In this document: one piece after another, positions 1-10,998 of the stretch | Layout: each line of letters opens with the position of its first letter | Position numbering within the stretch: the first letter of the stretch is position 1 | Origin: Dimorphilus gyrociliatus | Taxonomy: Eukaryota; Animalia; Annelida | NCBI GenBank assembly: GCA_904063045.1 | Contig: CAJFCJ010000026.1 | Coordinates: 62,001 to 126,000, forward strand | Length of the DNA stretch: 64,000 nucleotides | Reading direction: 5' to 3' | Position numbers and translations under genes: made by a program | The notes under the pieces: model-generated | Seen by the model: the letters and a program-made list of their open reading frames with translations, nothing else | Told to the model about the DNA's origin: nothing | The model's database searches: none

Positions 1-202
1 AGAGCGCCAGAGAGAATTCTCAGAATAGAACAAAGTTCTAATTGTGTACTGTAGGTATTCCAAATGCAAAGGAATATGTGTTTGAAGACGGTTATATTTT
101 ATTGAAACATGTCAGCTGGTTGAGTATACTCAACACTATTACAACTCAGAGATGTACCATAATAATTAAAGTCATTTTGGTGGCTGATCGAACAAGAGTA
201 CG

Positions 203-1227
203 ATGAAAATATTTCTTTCCTTTTCTTTCTGGGCTGTCACTTTGTTTTTGATAGCAGCTGCTAAGGATGAAGATTGGGAGGACATAGACGTCGTAGCTGT
301 AAATTTAGATGACGACACAAAGGGGGATTCGGAAAATGAAGTCGAGGCTTCGTTGACAACTACTCCATCTAAAGTCAGTCCAGACGCTTGTCCAGTCCTG
401 AATTGCGATAAAATTTGTCCGTGCGGTAAAAAGACCGATTCAGACCATTGTTACATTTGCGAATGTGAGTGTAATCATGGTGACAAATGTGAGCATGAGT
501 GTGAATTTGGACGAAAAATTTCTAGTACTGGCGAGTTGACTTGCGAATGTCACTCTGAACAACAATACATAGGAGTTTGTAAAGCGTTTTGCCATAATAT
601 TCATAATGAAGCTAAAAATTGCGAAATATGTCCTCATTGTAATTGTAACGGTCAAGTTAACAATTGTCCAACTCTAGAATGCAATACAGTGTGTAAATAT
701 GGGTATACAAGAGATTACAACGATTGCCCATCGTGTAATTGTCAACGTGGACCGGATCATCCAGGTCACGTAGACCCTTGTTACCATACCAGGTGTGATT
801 ATGGGCAAATTTGCAAAGTTATTGCAGGAAATGCTGTTTGCGTTGGTAAGTAATTCAATTAATTCTAGTTTGAATAGGAATTTATATTCTCTTTCCTCTT
901 TTTTTTTCTAAATATTTTAGGACATCCAAGTCCGATAACAACACTCCCCCCTCTAAATCCACCACAGTGCCCTAAACTTACTTGCGGACCAGACTGTACT
1001 TGTGAACATTTCATTAGAGACGATGGCTGTACGGTTTGTCAGTGTGCTAACGCATGCTACGTAAGTTTTTCATTTTTTATTGTGATTGAAATATTCTAAA
1101 CTTGAAATTGATATACTCTTTTTAGGGTGTTGCTTGTCCTTATGGCACTATATGCATTCCATACTACGTCTTCGAAGCCTATACGGGAAAACTTCAAGTA
1201 ACACCAAACTGCAGAAAAGTAGAATAG
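203..1227 (+). CDS. Secreted cysteine-rich protein with antistasin-like repeats and follistatin-N-like modules (3 exons: 203-845, 921-1060, 1126-1227)
   Basis: Signal peptide MKIFLSFSFWAVTLFLIAAA; acidic spacer; repeats such as CPVLNCDKICPCGKKTDSDHCYICEC, CPTLECNTVCKYGYTRDYNDCPSCNC and CPKLTCGPDCTCEHFIRDDGCTVCQC; DPCYHTRCDYGQIC and NACYGVACPYGTIC modules. GT-AG introns join in frame to TAG at 1225-1227. Confidence 0.8.
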
Positions 1228-1507
1228 ATCATACGAGAGAGATGTCGCTAGTGTATCATCTTGGCGTAAATAATTCGTACATCATTGTGTGTCTTTTCGC
1301 AATAAAAAAGTAATAAAATTATTATAAAAAATTTATAATGAAAGAGCTCACTTACGTTCAGTTAGATAAAATGAATCTTTATCAAGATTGCTACTTTCTA
1401 GAGTTTATCATACTTGAGATAAGTCGGCATAATCTTAAACACATACTATATATATACATGTATAAACCGATATACTTACATCTTGAAAATTAAAGAAAGC
1501 GAAAACA

Positions 1508-3670
1508 ATGAAAAGTCTTATTCTATTAGGCTTTTTCGGCTGTCTTTATTTCGCATCAGGTTTAGAAAAATTTCTTCTTCTTGTAGATTATATTGTGTAT
1601 ATGTTTTTTTTTAAAAGCACGATTAACAACTGAAGAAGTTGAATGGTTGGATTTCGCTATTCAACATCAAAATAATGCATCTTTTCAAACACTTTGGAAG
1701 AAAAAAGTGAAAAGTTATAAAGAAGCTACAGTTAGTAAATAACGAAACTGTTTAATAATATATTTCTCATTTTGCTGCTCATCAATTAGGTTGACATTCC
1801 TGAGTTTAAATGTAATGTGGGGCCAATAGGAGATAAACCTACCTCAGGTAATTGATTAAAAATATATCCCTTAGTCATATAATTTGATGGATTTTTAAGT
1901 AATAATTTTGTTTAGTTCACAAATTAAAACCTGGAGATATTAACGTCGTTGCTGCTTTTGGGGATTCAATTACTGCCGGGAACGGAGCTGATGCTGATAA
2001 TCTATTAGAAGTTATTTTAAATGCAAGAGGACATTCTTGGAGGTAAATTTTATGAATAAGATTGTTTTATAGTTCTTAATTCACCTTTATGTTTTATATA
2101 AAAAGTATTGGAGGCATGGAAAGTCTTGAGAAGATCCTTACAATTCCAAGTAATACAAAAAATTGACGATGGCTCTCCTTTAATCTCAAAATATTTATCA
2201 AAATTTTTCTGTTACAGATATCTTAAAGAAGTTTAACCCGAATCTAAAAGGATACTCGACAGATACTTCGGATGAAGATGATCCAGAGGCAGGAATGAAT
2301 GTCGCAAGAATGGGTGCAAGGGCAACGTAAGATTTTAGAGAGATTATATTTTCTTGAAAAGTTCATTTTTATTATATGCTATTATAAAATCTATTTATTA
2401 GACATTTACCGAATCAAGCCGATAAGATGATCGATAGATTAAAAACAACTTCTGATATAGATTTCGAGAATGATTGGAAGCTAATCACTCTTTTTATCGG
2501 TGGTAATGATTTATGCGGCTACTGCCGGGATAGAGTAAGTCTCTTTTTTCTACTTCTTAGAAAAATTTAATACGATCGTTAAACTACAAAAAGAAAATAG
2601 ATCTTATTATCTCTTCTTTGTGTCTTCTTAGCCAAATAGATCACCTGAAAAGTTCGCAGAGCATATTAAGAATACATTGGATAAGTTACACCAACAAGTA
2701 CCTAAGGCATTGGTTCAGGTAGTTTCTATGTTTGATGTGACGCCAGTAAGGCATCTATCTGCTGACTGGATTTGTGATCTTCTTCAAGAGTAATATATAT
2801 ATATATATAACTAGTATGGTTATGTGCATATTTCATTAAAGAGCTCTCTTCTTTCAGGAGATTTTGTTCATGTGCTCGCAATAGTGATACTCGGCCAGAA
2901 TTGAGACCAGTACAATTAGGTTATCATCTAAGAGTGGACGAACTCATTAGTTCTGGTAGGTACGATACAAGGGATGATTTTACCGTTGTTGTACAGCCAC
3001 ATATGAGAGACTTGGTTCCACCTAGACTTGTGAGGATATAAACTTCGTCATAAAATCTGATAATTAACAAAAATATTCTCTATATACTATTAGCCTAATG
3101 GTGAATACGACAAAAGTTTCTTTTCACCTGACTGCTTTCACCCAGGAAGAAAGGGACACGCTGGATTTGCATTGGGTTTATGGAATATAATGGTAAAAAA
3201 GAAAGATTTCAATAATTTTTATTCGGATAATATGCGATTCCTTTTTAAAATGATCGATATCTTATCTATTCATTAACACAGTTAACTAAAGAAAAACCTT
3301 ACGAAATATCAATAGAAGACACTCAAGATTTTAGGTGTCCAACAGAGGTATTTAATATTTTTTTTATCATAAGTATTTACGTCATTTAATATTTTTTTTT
3401 TATTATCTCTTTTGTTTACAGCAAGAACCTTACATTTTTACAAGATTAAATAGCGATCCCTCTATCTCTATAAAAGCGGCCGTACCCGACAATGAATCTA
3501 CAACTAAAGTGAATAATAAATTAAGAGTCGGTTTAAGCGTTACTGTTGGATTAATGGGCGTTGCTCTCATTGCCATTGCAGCGGTGTACGCTTATAAACG
3601 ACAGAAACAACCCAAGCAAACCGAAAAAGAGAACAACTCAAAAGATAATCCAGTCTTTCAAGCTGCTTAA
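1508..3670 (+). CDS. PLB1: Phospholipase B1-like GDSL lipase, single catalytic domain with C-terminal membrane anchor (multi-exon, absent from ORF track)
   Basis: Spliced translation gives signal peptide MKSLILLGFFGCLYFAS, VHKLKPGDINVVAAFGDSITAG (GDS nucleophile block), WKLITLFIGGNDLC, DCFH catalytic Asp/His, hydrophobic VGLSVTVGLMGVALIAIAAVYAY, then TAA at 3668-3670. Confidence 0.9.
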
Positions 3671-4493
3671 AATTATAGGCTGTTTGAGATAAAAAAAAAA
3701 AGAAATTAAAAAGAGACAAAATTTTTCATGTGCCTAATTTGTTCCTCTAATTTACAAATTGTACAAGATTGAGTTGAAATTTGATATATACAGTATATAC
3801 TTTATATATATATATATATATATATTTAGAATAATTTCCCCTTAATTCACTTTTCCCATGACAAGTGAAATTTTTAAAATTTTTATATTGGATATATACC
3901 TCATATGGATTTTATTTTGAACTATTTGCTCCCCAAAACATGACCTACTAATAATAGATACAAATTTTTGACATTGTTTGGCTTTTAGAAATAGGCCTAC
4001 TTATTGTTTTTTTTTTAAAGGATGAAATCGATTTATCAGACAATTCTTCTCTGTTTTTTTTCATGAGGTATTGTAGTTTTTTTCGTTTTATTCGTTCGAT
4101 CATTCTTTAAAATCCCAAATATTTGTATACTCAATATACAGTCGATAGAGTTTTAATAATTAGGTATGCATGAAGTGATGGAAGAATCTCAAGTCTCAAA
4201 ATGGTCGTTAATGGATTGATTTATAAGTTTAGCGGAATTGATCTAGTATCTTTCTCTGTTTTGTTGTCCATTTCTATTATCTTCTCTTCCAAGTAAAATT
4301 GCATTAATTATAACTTTAGAATTGTTTTTACTATTGTATATCGGACTGTTTCAGTATAGGAAATTAACTAATTCTTATTTGTTTTACTATTTCAAGAATC
4401 TTTAATGATTTTAAGTTAAACAACTGAAAAACTAAGTAGAGGAAGTTGAGTTTATTAATTGCACATTTCAGCCAATTATTGCAAAGTAGAGAG

Positions 4494-4501
4494 TGACGTC
4501 A
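4494..4501. promoter_or_regulatory. Perfect CRE palindrome TGACGTCA about 100 bp upstream of the opsin ATG
   Basis: Exact match; a CCAAT-like GCCAAT lies about 20 bp upstream. Function is inferred only. Confidence 0.4.
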
Positions 4502-4598
4502 AAAAAAATCGCTCTCTAAACGGAGAGAGAGACAGAGAGTGAGGAACGCAGAGACACAGTGCCATAGTTAACTCGAATACTTCATTCTGCGTTGCACC

Positions 4599-6134
4599 AT
4601 GGAAAAGGAGGATGCAAATAAAACCGTTATGAACAATTTTACTTTCAACAGATTTATTTCAACGTTGCCGCCATCATTCGACTATTTTATAGCTTTTTAC
4701 ATGATCATTCTAAGTAAGATTTCTTTTTAACATAAACGTTATTCTTTTCAATATATATATACAGTATATATACATAAGTATATTTCATCTATTCTTTGTT
4801 TCTATGTTTCTTTCTTCTTTAGTATTGCTTACAGTACTCTTAAATGGATTGCTATTAATTGCCAATTGGAGAAAACGTAAAAACCTCTCTACATTCGATA
4901 TTTGTCTAATTAATATGAGCATCTCTGGAATAATTCCAGCAATATTCAGTTATCCTTTGCTCGTTTATTCGTCAATAAATCACGGTTGGGCATTTGGCGT
5001 TTCGGGTAAATAGAAATATATCTATTATATTGTATAATACTTTTTCCTTATATCAATATAATAACAACGAAAATCCATCTCTTATATTTTCTTTCTAAGC
5101 CTGTAAGAGGGACGGTTTCGTTGTGTTTTTCTTTGCCGTGGTGCAAATAGCAACTTTGATGCTTATGAGTATTCTTAGATATCTTAAAGTTTGTCATCCG
5201 ATTAAGGGTATTTTTTATCAATTAATTGGTCTGTTTAATTATTAAACACTTTTTTTTAATTACCATCCTTACACAGATAATATTTTAAACCAAAATCATG
5301 TAATAGGATTTGTTTTTTTAACGTACGTGTATTCCGCCATCTGGACTCTGGGTCCTTTGATAGGTTGGGCTTCCTACGGAATTGAGCCTTGGAAGTTAAC
5401 GTGTTCAATTGATTGGACAAATATAACAACATCCTATTTAATTTGTTGTTTTGTTGCTTGTTACCTATTGCCTTTACTATGCATTATTGGATTTTATTCA
5501 AGAATTACTATAGTCGTCGGAAACTTTTATAGAAGCAGGCGAGTTTTATCACACAGAGACAGAAATCGCTATGATCAGCATATGTTAAAATTAACTGTTG
5601 GAATGAGTTCCGCCTTCTTCCTTGCATGGACTCCTTACGCAATCGTGTCTTTTATGTCATCTCTAAACATGCAAACTATTAGCATAGCGGCCACACCAAT
5701 TCCGGCTATTTTTGCCAAGTCTTCAACCGTTTATAATCCTATTGTTTATTATTTGATGATTCAACGTTTTCGAGACGAAATTTGGCAATTACTGTGCAGC
5801 TTTCGACTATCAAAAAAGAAGGTTGGTGGTAAATCAGTAGAAGAAATGAGGCAAGAACAAGACGAAATGAAGGGAATTATGTTAGAACTGCTCAAGGATG
5901 TTAAAGAAATGAAACGGGGTATGGCAATTTCGTCTACTGATTCTGATGTAAAGAAATCATCATCAAGTCATATTGGTAAGCAATTAGATAATAATCGACT
6001 ATTATTTATGAATAAGTATATAAAAACAGAGCAGTTTAACTATAACGTTCCTTATAAATTTGATTTTAGCTTACAAGAACTTGGCGACTGAAGATGATCC
6101 TACAATATGTACCCAAGTCTGTAGTACACTATGA
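4599..6134 (+). CDS. Opsin, most like group-4 tetraopsins (neuropsin/peropsin/Go-opsin); 5 exons
   Basis: Retinal-binding lysine in PAIFAKSSTVYNPIVY; TM3 ACKRDGFVVFFF..LRYLKVCHP; EL2 YGIEPWKLTCSIDW; TM6 FLAWTPYAIVS. ATG at 4599. A donor at 5976 and acceptor at 6069 give the C-terminus AYKNLATEDDPTICTQVCSTL with TGA at 6132-6134, replacing the ORF-track end. Confidence 0.9.
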
Positions 6135-6147
6135 TTGACTTTTGTAT

Positions 6148-7305
6148 TTATTTCCATAAAAAGTCTTTTAAAGAACGCGGTATAAGAATGTCTTTAATTT
6201 TTAAGTAAATACATTTCTTTGCACCGATCTTCTTTCTTAAACCGGCAACAAGCCTACTATTCACTTTTGCGGCTACATTTTCTTTATTACCATCGAGTGA
6301 GTTGTAGAATTTATATTCAGTATTCGCGACTGCCCCAATAATACCGTCAGTATATTTGTCCATTTCGTACGAATTGTCTACAGCGTCCACATAGAAAGAT
6401 AAATAACCTCTTCTTTTCACTATTCGAAAATCGACTGATCTGAGTTCTTTCTGATATCTTCCTAATATTGTATTATCTCTGAGTTCTAATGTTAAACCAT
6501 TTTTTTGGCCATTAGTAAACCACCAGCTTTCGTCGCCTAGCCATTGTTTAAGTCCGTCTCCTCCTGCAGTTTCCACAGAATCCTTTCTAACGTACAATAG
6601 TCTTCCATCTTTTGAATAAATTTCAATCTCTTCAACAAGAAAGCTATCGGCAGTTGTTAACCAAACGGTTAATGCGGAAATTGAATCGTGGAATATTTTT
6701 AACTTTCCACCAAGAGGCATGCTTATATCATAGCAGAGTTTTTGAATTTTATTATTAATGTCGATTACACTTTGAATTAAATGGGTTTCACTCTCATCAC
6801 GTCCAACGATACTTAAAACATGCTCTCTCTTAGGCATAATTAAAAGACGTCCGTTTTCAGTGCATGAGAGGATTAACATTATACGATTCGTCAGGGCTCG
6901 CTTTAAATCGTATTCGTAGGTTATCTCGCTACGACTTAAAGTAAGAAGAAATCGTTGAGGTTTTTCCCCAAGTTTAAATTGGGGGCTTGTAACATAACAG
7001 ACTAATTTAGTCCTTTCAGTAAGATGACCTCGAAGAATTCCAAATTTCACTCTCGCTTCGTCCGTATCTTCGTTCCAATTGCTCTTCGAATTAAGCCAAC
7101 CTATGTCATCTGGGGAAAAAAAAAAGATTTTTCTCTTTCAATAAAAACCCGTCTTTAGTACTAATCAAATGAATTCTCTTCTTCAATGCCTTATAGTAAA
7201 TTTATTGGACGGTAATAAATACTGCCAACTGAATAACTTACAATTAGCTAATGCTCCTATGATAAGAAGGGAAAAGACAATTTCAACGACAAACGTTCGC
7301 GTCAT
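6148..7305 (-). CDS. Secreted protein with an inter-alpha-trypsin inhibitor heavy chain C-terminal-like domain (exons 7305-7242 and 7109-6148)
   Basis: Signal-peptide exon MTRTFVVEIVFSLLIIGALAN splices in frame to the long ORF. THLIQSV...KLCYDISMPLGGKLKIFHD, DGIIGAV and terminal CIYLKIKDILIPRSLKDF resemble the remembered ITI_HC_C pattern. No VIT or vWA domain. Confidence 0.6.
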
Positions 7306-7605
7306 TGTTTATATTTCAACTGAGCTATTATCTCACCTTTAACCAGTTTAAATAATAGAAAAGAAAAAAACACGTATATATTAAGAGTGCTCTAGTTATT
7401 TACTATGATTAAAAGAGAAATTTTTTAATTTTGATCGGCCTATGAGGAGTACAATTCGAAAATATATATAAGAGTCGAAAAGCGAATAAACGAAAGAATG
7501 CAATAATCTTCGTGCAAGCAAATGCTATATAATATATAAGCAAATAAGTGACAAGCCGATCTCTTATGTATTAGAAAATATCCGTTTTTTCTCCCATTCG
7601 GCAAA

Positions 7606-8214
7606 ATGGCAGCGCATAAAATCAGACCGAAAACTACATCGGCGTCAATGAGTCGATATAGAGTAGCTCATCTGTTGACGCTTTTGACGCCGCTGGAACG
7701 GCAATATTTAAACAGCGTACAAGGTACACGAACTGTAAATGACGGACGAATATTGCAGAGGGGTAGACAAACGGCAAACAGTTTGCGTAGCTCCCGGCTT
7801 AGAGAGGAGATGTTCGATATGGGATCAATAAACGTTTTTCTTGAGCAGCAGAGAATTCGGCAGAAGGCCTTATACTTATTCAATAAGGAGAGACGTCTTC
7901 AAGCGGAAATAGAATTCCAGATGAACTATTGGAAACCATATTGTGTTGATGACTCAAATAAACACTTTCAAATATCAAATCTAGGTTTTCGACCTGTAGC
8001 GGATGTACCGAAAATATGTCCAAGATTTGTCCAACGTCACGGAACTTTTACTAGGTCAAATACAATTGTCAAACCGCGAGAATCGGCGAAAGACCGTAAA
8101 CGAAAAAATGAAAATAAAGACGGAAAGACGGAAGGTGAAAAAGAAGATGAACAACCAGAATTTGTTGAAGAAGAGCAACTTGTTGAGAATTTAGAAAGCA
8201 AAGAGGACGAATGA
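7606..8214 (+). CDS. Intronless 202-aa protein of unknown function (basic, Arg-rich body; acidic tail)
   Basis: ATG-to-TGA ORF of 609 nt in GC-richer sequence, followed by AATAAA near 8272. No family recognised. Confidence 0.7.
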   Translation: MAAHKIRPKTTSASMSRYRVAHLLTLLTPLERQYLNSVQGTRTVNDGRILQRGRQTANSLRSSRLREEMFDMGSINVFLEQQRIRQKALYLFNKERRLQAEIEFQMNYWKPYCVDDSNKHFQISNLGFRPVADVPKICPRFVQRHGTFTRSNTIVKPRESAKDRKRKNENKDGKTEGEKEDEQPEFVEEEQLVENLESKEDE

Positions 8215-8352
8215 CTAAGTAAATCATTTAATTTATATTTATTGTTAAGTTTATTGATTTTTTTTCTCCGAAATAAAAATTTTTTTTTAAAAAAAGATAT
8301 AAAACCAAATCAAAGTATAATTCAATAATTTGAATTTTGATATCAGAATAAG

Positions 8353-10998
8353 TTAAATCTCTTCTAGAGCTGAAATATAACGTTACAATATATTAACTAT
8401 ATATTATGAAACAGTAACATTAAAATTTTACCAATCTCTTCGAATTTTGTATCTCCTTTTAAATCTTCCTCCTCAGTTTCGATTACTTGGAAATTATATC
8501 TGAAAGTGTTAAATAAATAATGAAAATAACCACGCAAACTTTAATAGCAGTATGCAATTATTACAGTTCTGCCGAGTCTTTCGTCCTCCAAAGTATCATA
8601 ATAGAAGATAGAATGATTGTTGTTGTTAAATTAGGAAAGCAGTCGTAAAGCCATAGGTATTGCCAATCCTAAATTTAAAAAGTTATGGAGTCAAGGTCAA
8701 TTTATAATAAAATAAAAAATAGATTCTTATACTTTTCGGCATGAAATCATAAATCTGATGAGAGAGAAGATGCTTAGGGTAAAATTAACTGAAAATATAC
8801 TAAAATATGTATATTTAATCCATTTTAATGTGAAGACTTACCTGTTAATAAAAATATTCCTCCAATTAGAGTAAGTGAAAAGATACGTATTTGATTAGAA
8901 CGATGTCGGTTTTTCATATACCATAATGTATTTATACTAAAGCCTACAAACTAGAAATCAATACAAATATATAAGTAATAAATACATGTATCCAATATAT
9001 ATAGTATAATAGTTATGAACTAAAATATCGTGTTACATAAAAACAAATAATACCGTAATGCTAATGATGAATAATTGAAGTGTATGAACAAGGGATATTA
9101 TCTTGTAGAAAATTGGGCTTAATAGCTGGGTCTAATAGTTTGGCAAAAGAAAAAAATATAGATATTTGTCTCTTAGAGTAATAAGTCTACAATGGATTAC
9201 AAACTTTAATAAACTTATCGGCTGCCATAGAATAAAAGAGAGATGTAACTGTTATAAAAGCGCTTAATAATAGACAACAAAACAGCAAATTTCTTGAGAT
9301 TTTTGGACTAATCAGAAAAAGAAACGATAGTTATTTAAATTAAAAGAGAAAATTTGACTTTTACCGAGTTATACCATATCCAGTACTGATAATCAGAAAA
9401 AGAAATTTAGTGGCACCTAGTTGAATAGCTAAAATTCCTTTAGAAAACCAACTGATTCCTGACGCTATATAAGTAGAATTTTTAATTGTTTGCCTAGTAT
9501 TCCTAGTATTGGAATATTTTAAAAAACTTACGACTATATCCTGTGATATTTTCAACAAGTAACGATACAAAATATAAAGTATGACCAAATGAGCCTGAAT
9601 AGTAACAAATTTGACATGATTTTCTAACCATTGGAAAATTGATTCACCTGCTATTGTTACAATTGCAATGACAATATGTATTTTAGTTGACTGCCGATAT
9701 TTTTTTAGCCATATAACAGTCCAGTAAATCATTAAGCATGTATATATTAGTGACATCGTTCCCTCAAACTGTAAAGAAAATTAACGGGGTATATATAATT
9801 ACAATTTATCTTATTAAACCATTTTATTCTTACACCCAAATACGGCCAAAGATAAGCTGATAGATATCCGTATGGGCCATGAACTGTTATCTTTGCTAGG
9901 GAAAATATCTCATATATTTTGAATTTTTAAGAGTAATGGAGTCAAGAAATACAATCCTATTTTTATTACAAACCTTGAAATTGAAAACTATTCTCAACCT
10001 TTATCTCAGGTGATATAAAGAGAGCAAAATGATACATTGCCGAATCCCATGTAGTTGTTAAAACATCATCCCGCTTCTAACAAATTATTATTAATCTATG
10101 ATAAAATAAGATTCTGTCAAGAACGATTCATACCCTTTCGTATTTATTTTGTCGAAGATAGGATCTTGGATTATGTAGCTGTCTGTGCTTGTTATTTGTA
10201 ATCAAAGCCTTATTATATGGCAAACCGCTGTAATCTTTAAAGCGAAAAATTTTATTCTGGCTACATGCAAAAGTTTCATTAGTTGCCATTTGGTAACTAA
10301 TCATCATAAGAGAACCAGTATCATTTTGAGATTGCTTGGGATGTTCGATAATACTTTGTAGATCTTTCTGTTAACAAAAATATAACATCAAGCTAATAAG
10401 AATCATTAAACTGTTATAAAATATTTACGCGCCCTAATTCTGCATTATACATTTCTTCCATACAATTTACAGTCTTTAGAATCCAGAAGACATTAAGTTT
10501 TACAACTTTAGTAGGTGAATATGAAGTACAAACAGCTACAAAAAAATACAGTATAATATAAGCGAGGGTACATTGTTATTACCATCAGCTGTGATATATG
10601 AGTTCTTATCCATAAAATAAGGGTATATTAGGGGTTTCATATAGGTTTTCTAAAAAATTATATAATGAGCGATAATAACATTAGTTCGCTTTTTAATGAT
10701 AATATTCTTTTACTTCGGTCACTTACTTCATTGAAACTAATATCGATAAAAGGACTTCGACACGAAGAAATGTGAATTGACACTAAAATTAGCATGCATT
10801 TAAAAGGAGGGCATAATCGATAAACTTTAACAGACATAGCTGAAACTTTATATCGATTACCAGTTTTCATTGAATTCCAACTGAACAAATAACCTAGCTT
10901 GGTTTTCAATTGTTAATCCAGATGGGAAGTATTTATCGTTTTTTTTTGTTCAGACATTTAATAAGCGTACTAAAAGAGAAGGCTGATTTAAGCAACAT
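8353..10998 (-). CDS. TMEM87-like lung-seven-TM (GOST family) membrane protein, multi-exon; 5' end uncertain
   Basis: Spliced exons give KITVHGPYGYLSAYLWPYL before TM1 and DWQYLWLYDCFPNLTTTIILSSIMILWRTKDSAELYNFQVIETEEED at TM7, matching the remembered TMEM87 motifs GPxGYxSA and W.ELW...ILFVIMVLWRP. Several hydrophobic exons lie between them; last exon ALEEI-TAA ends at 8353. The ATG at 10998 is a phase-compatible guess. Confidence 0.7.
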
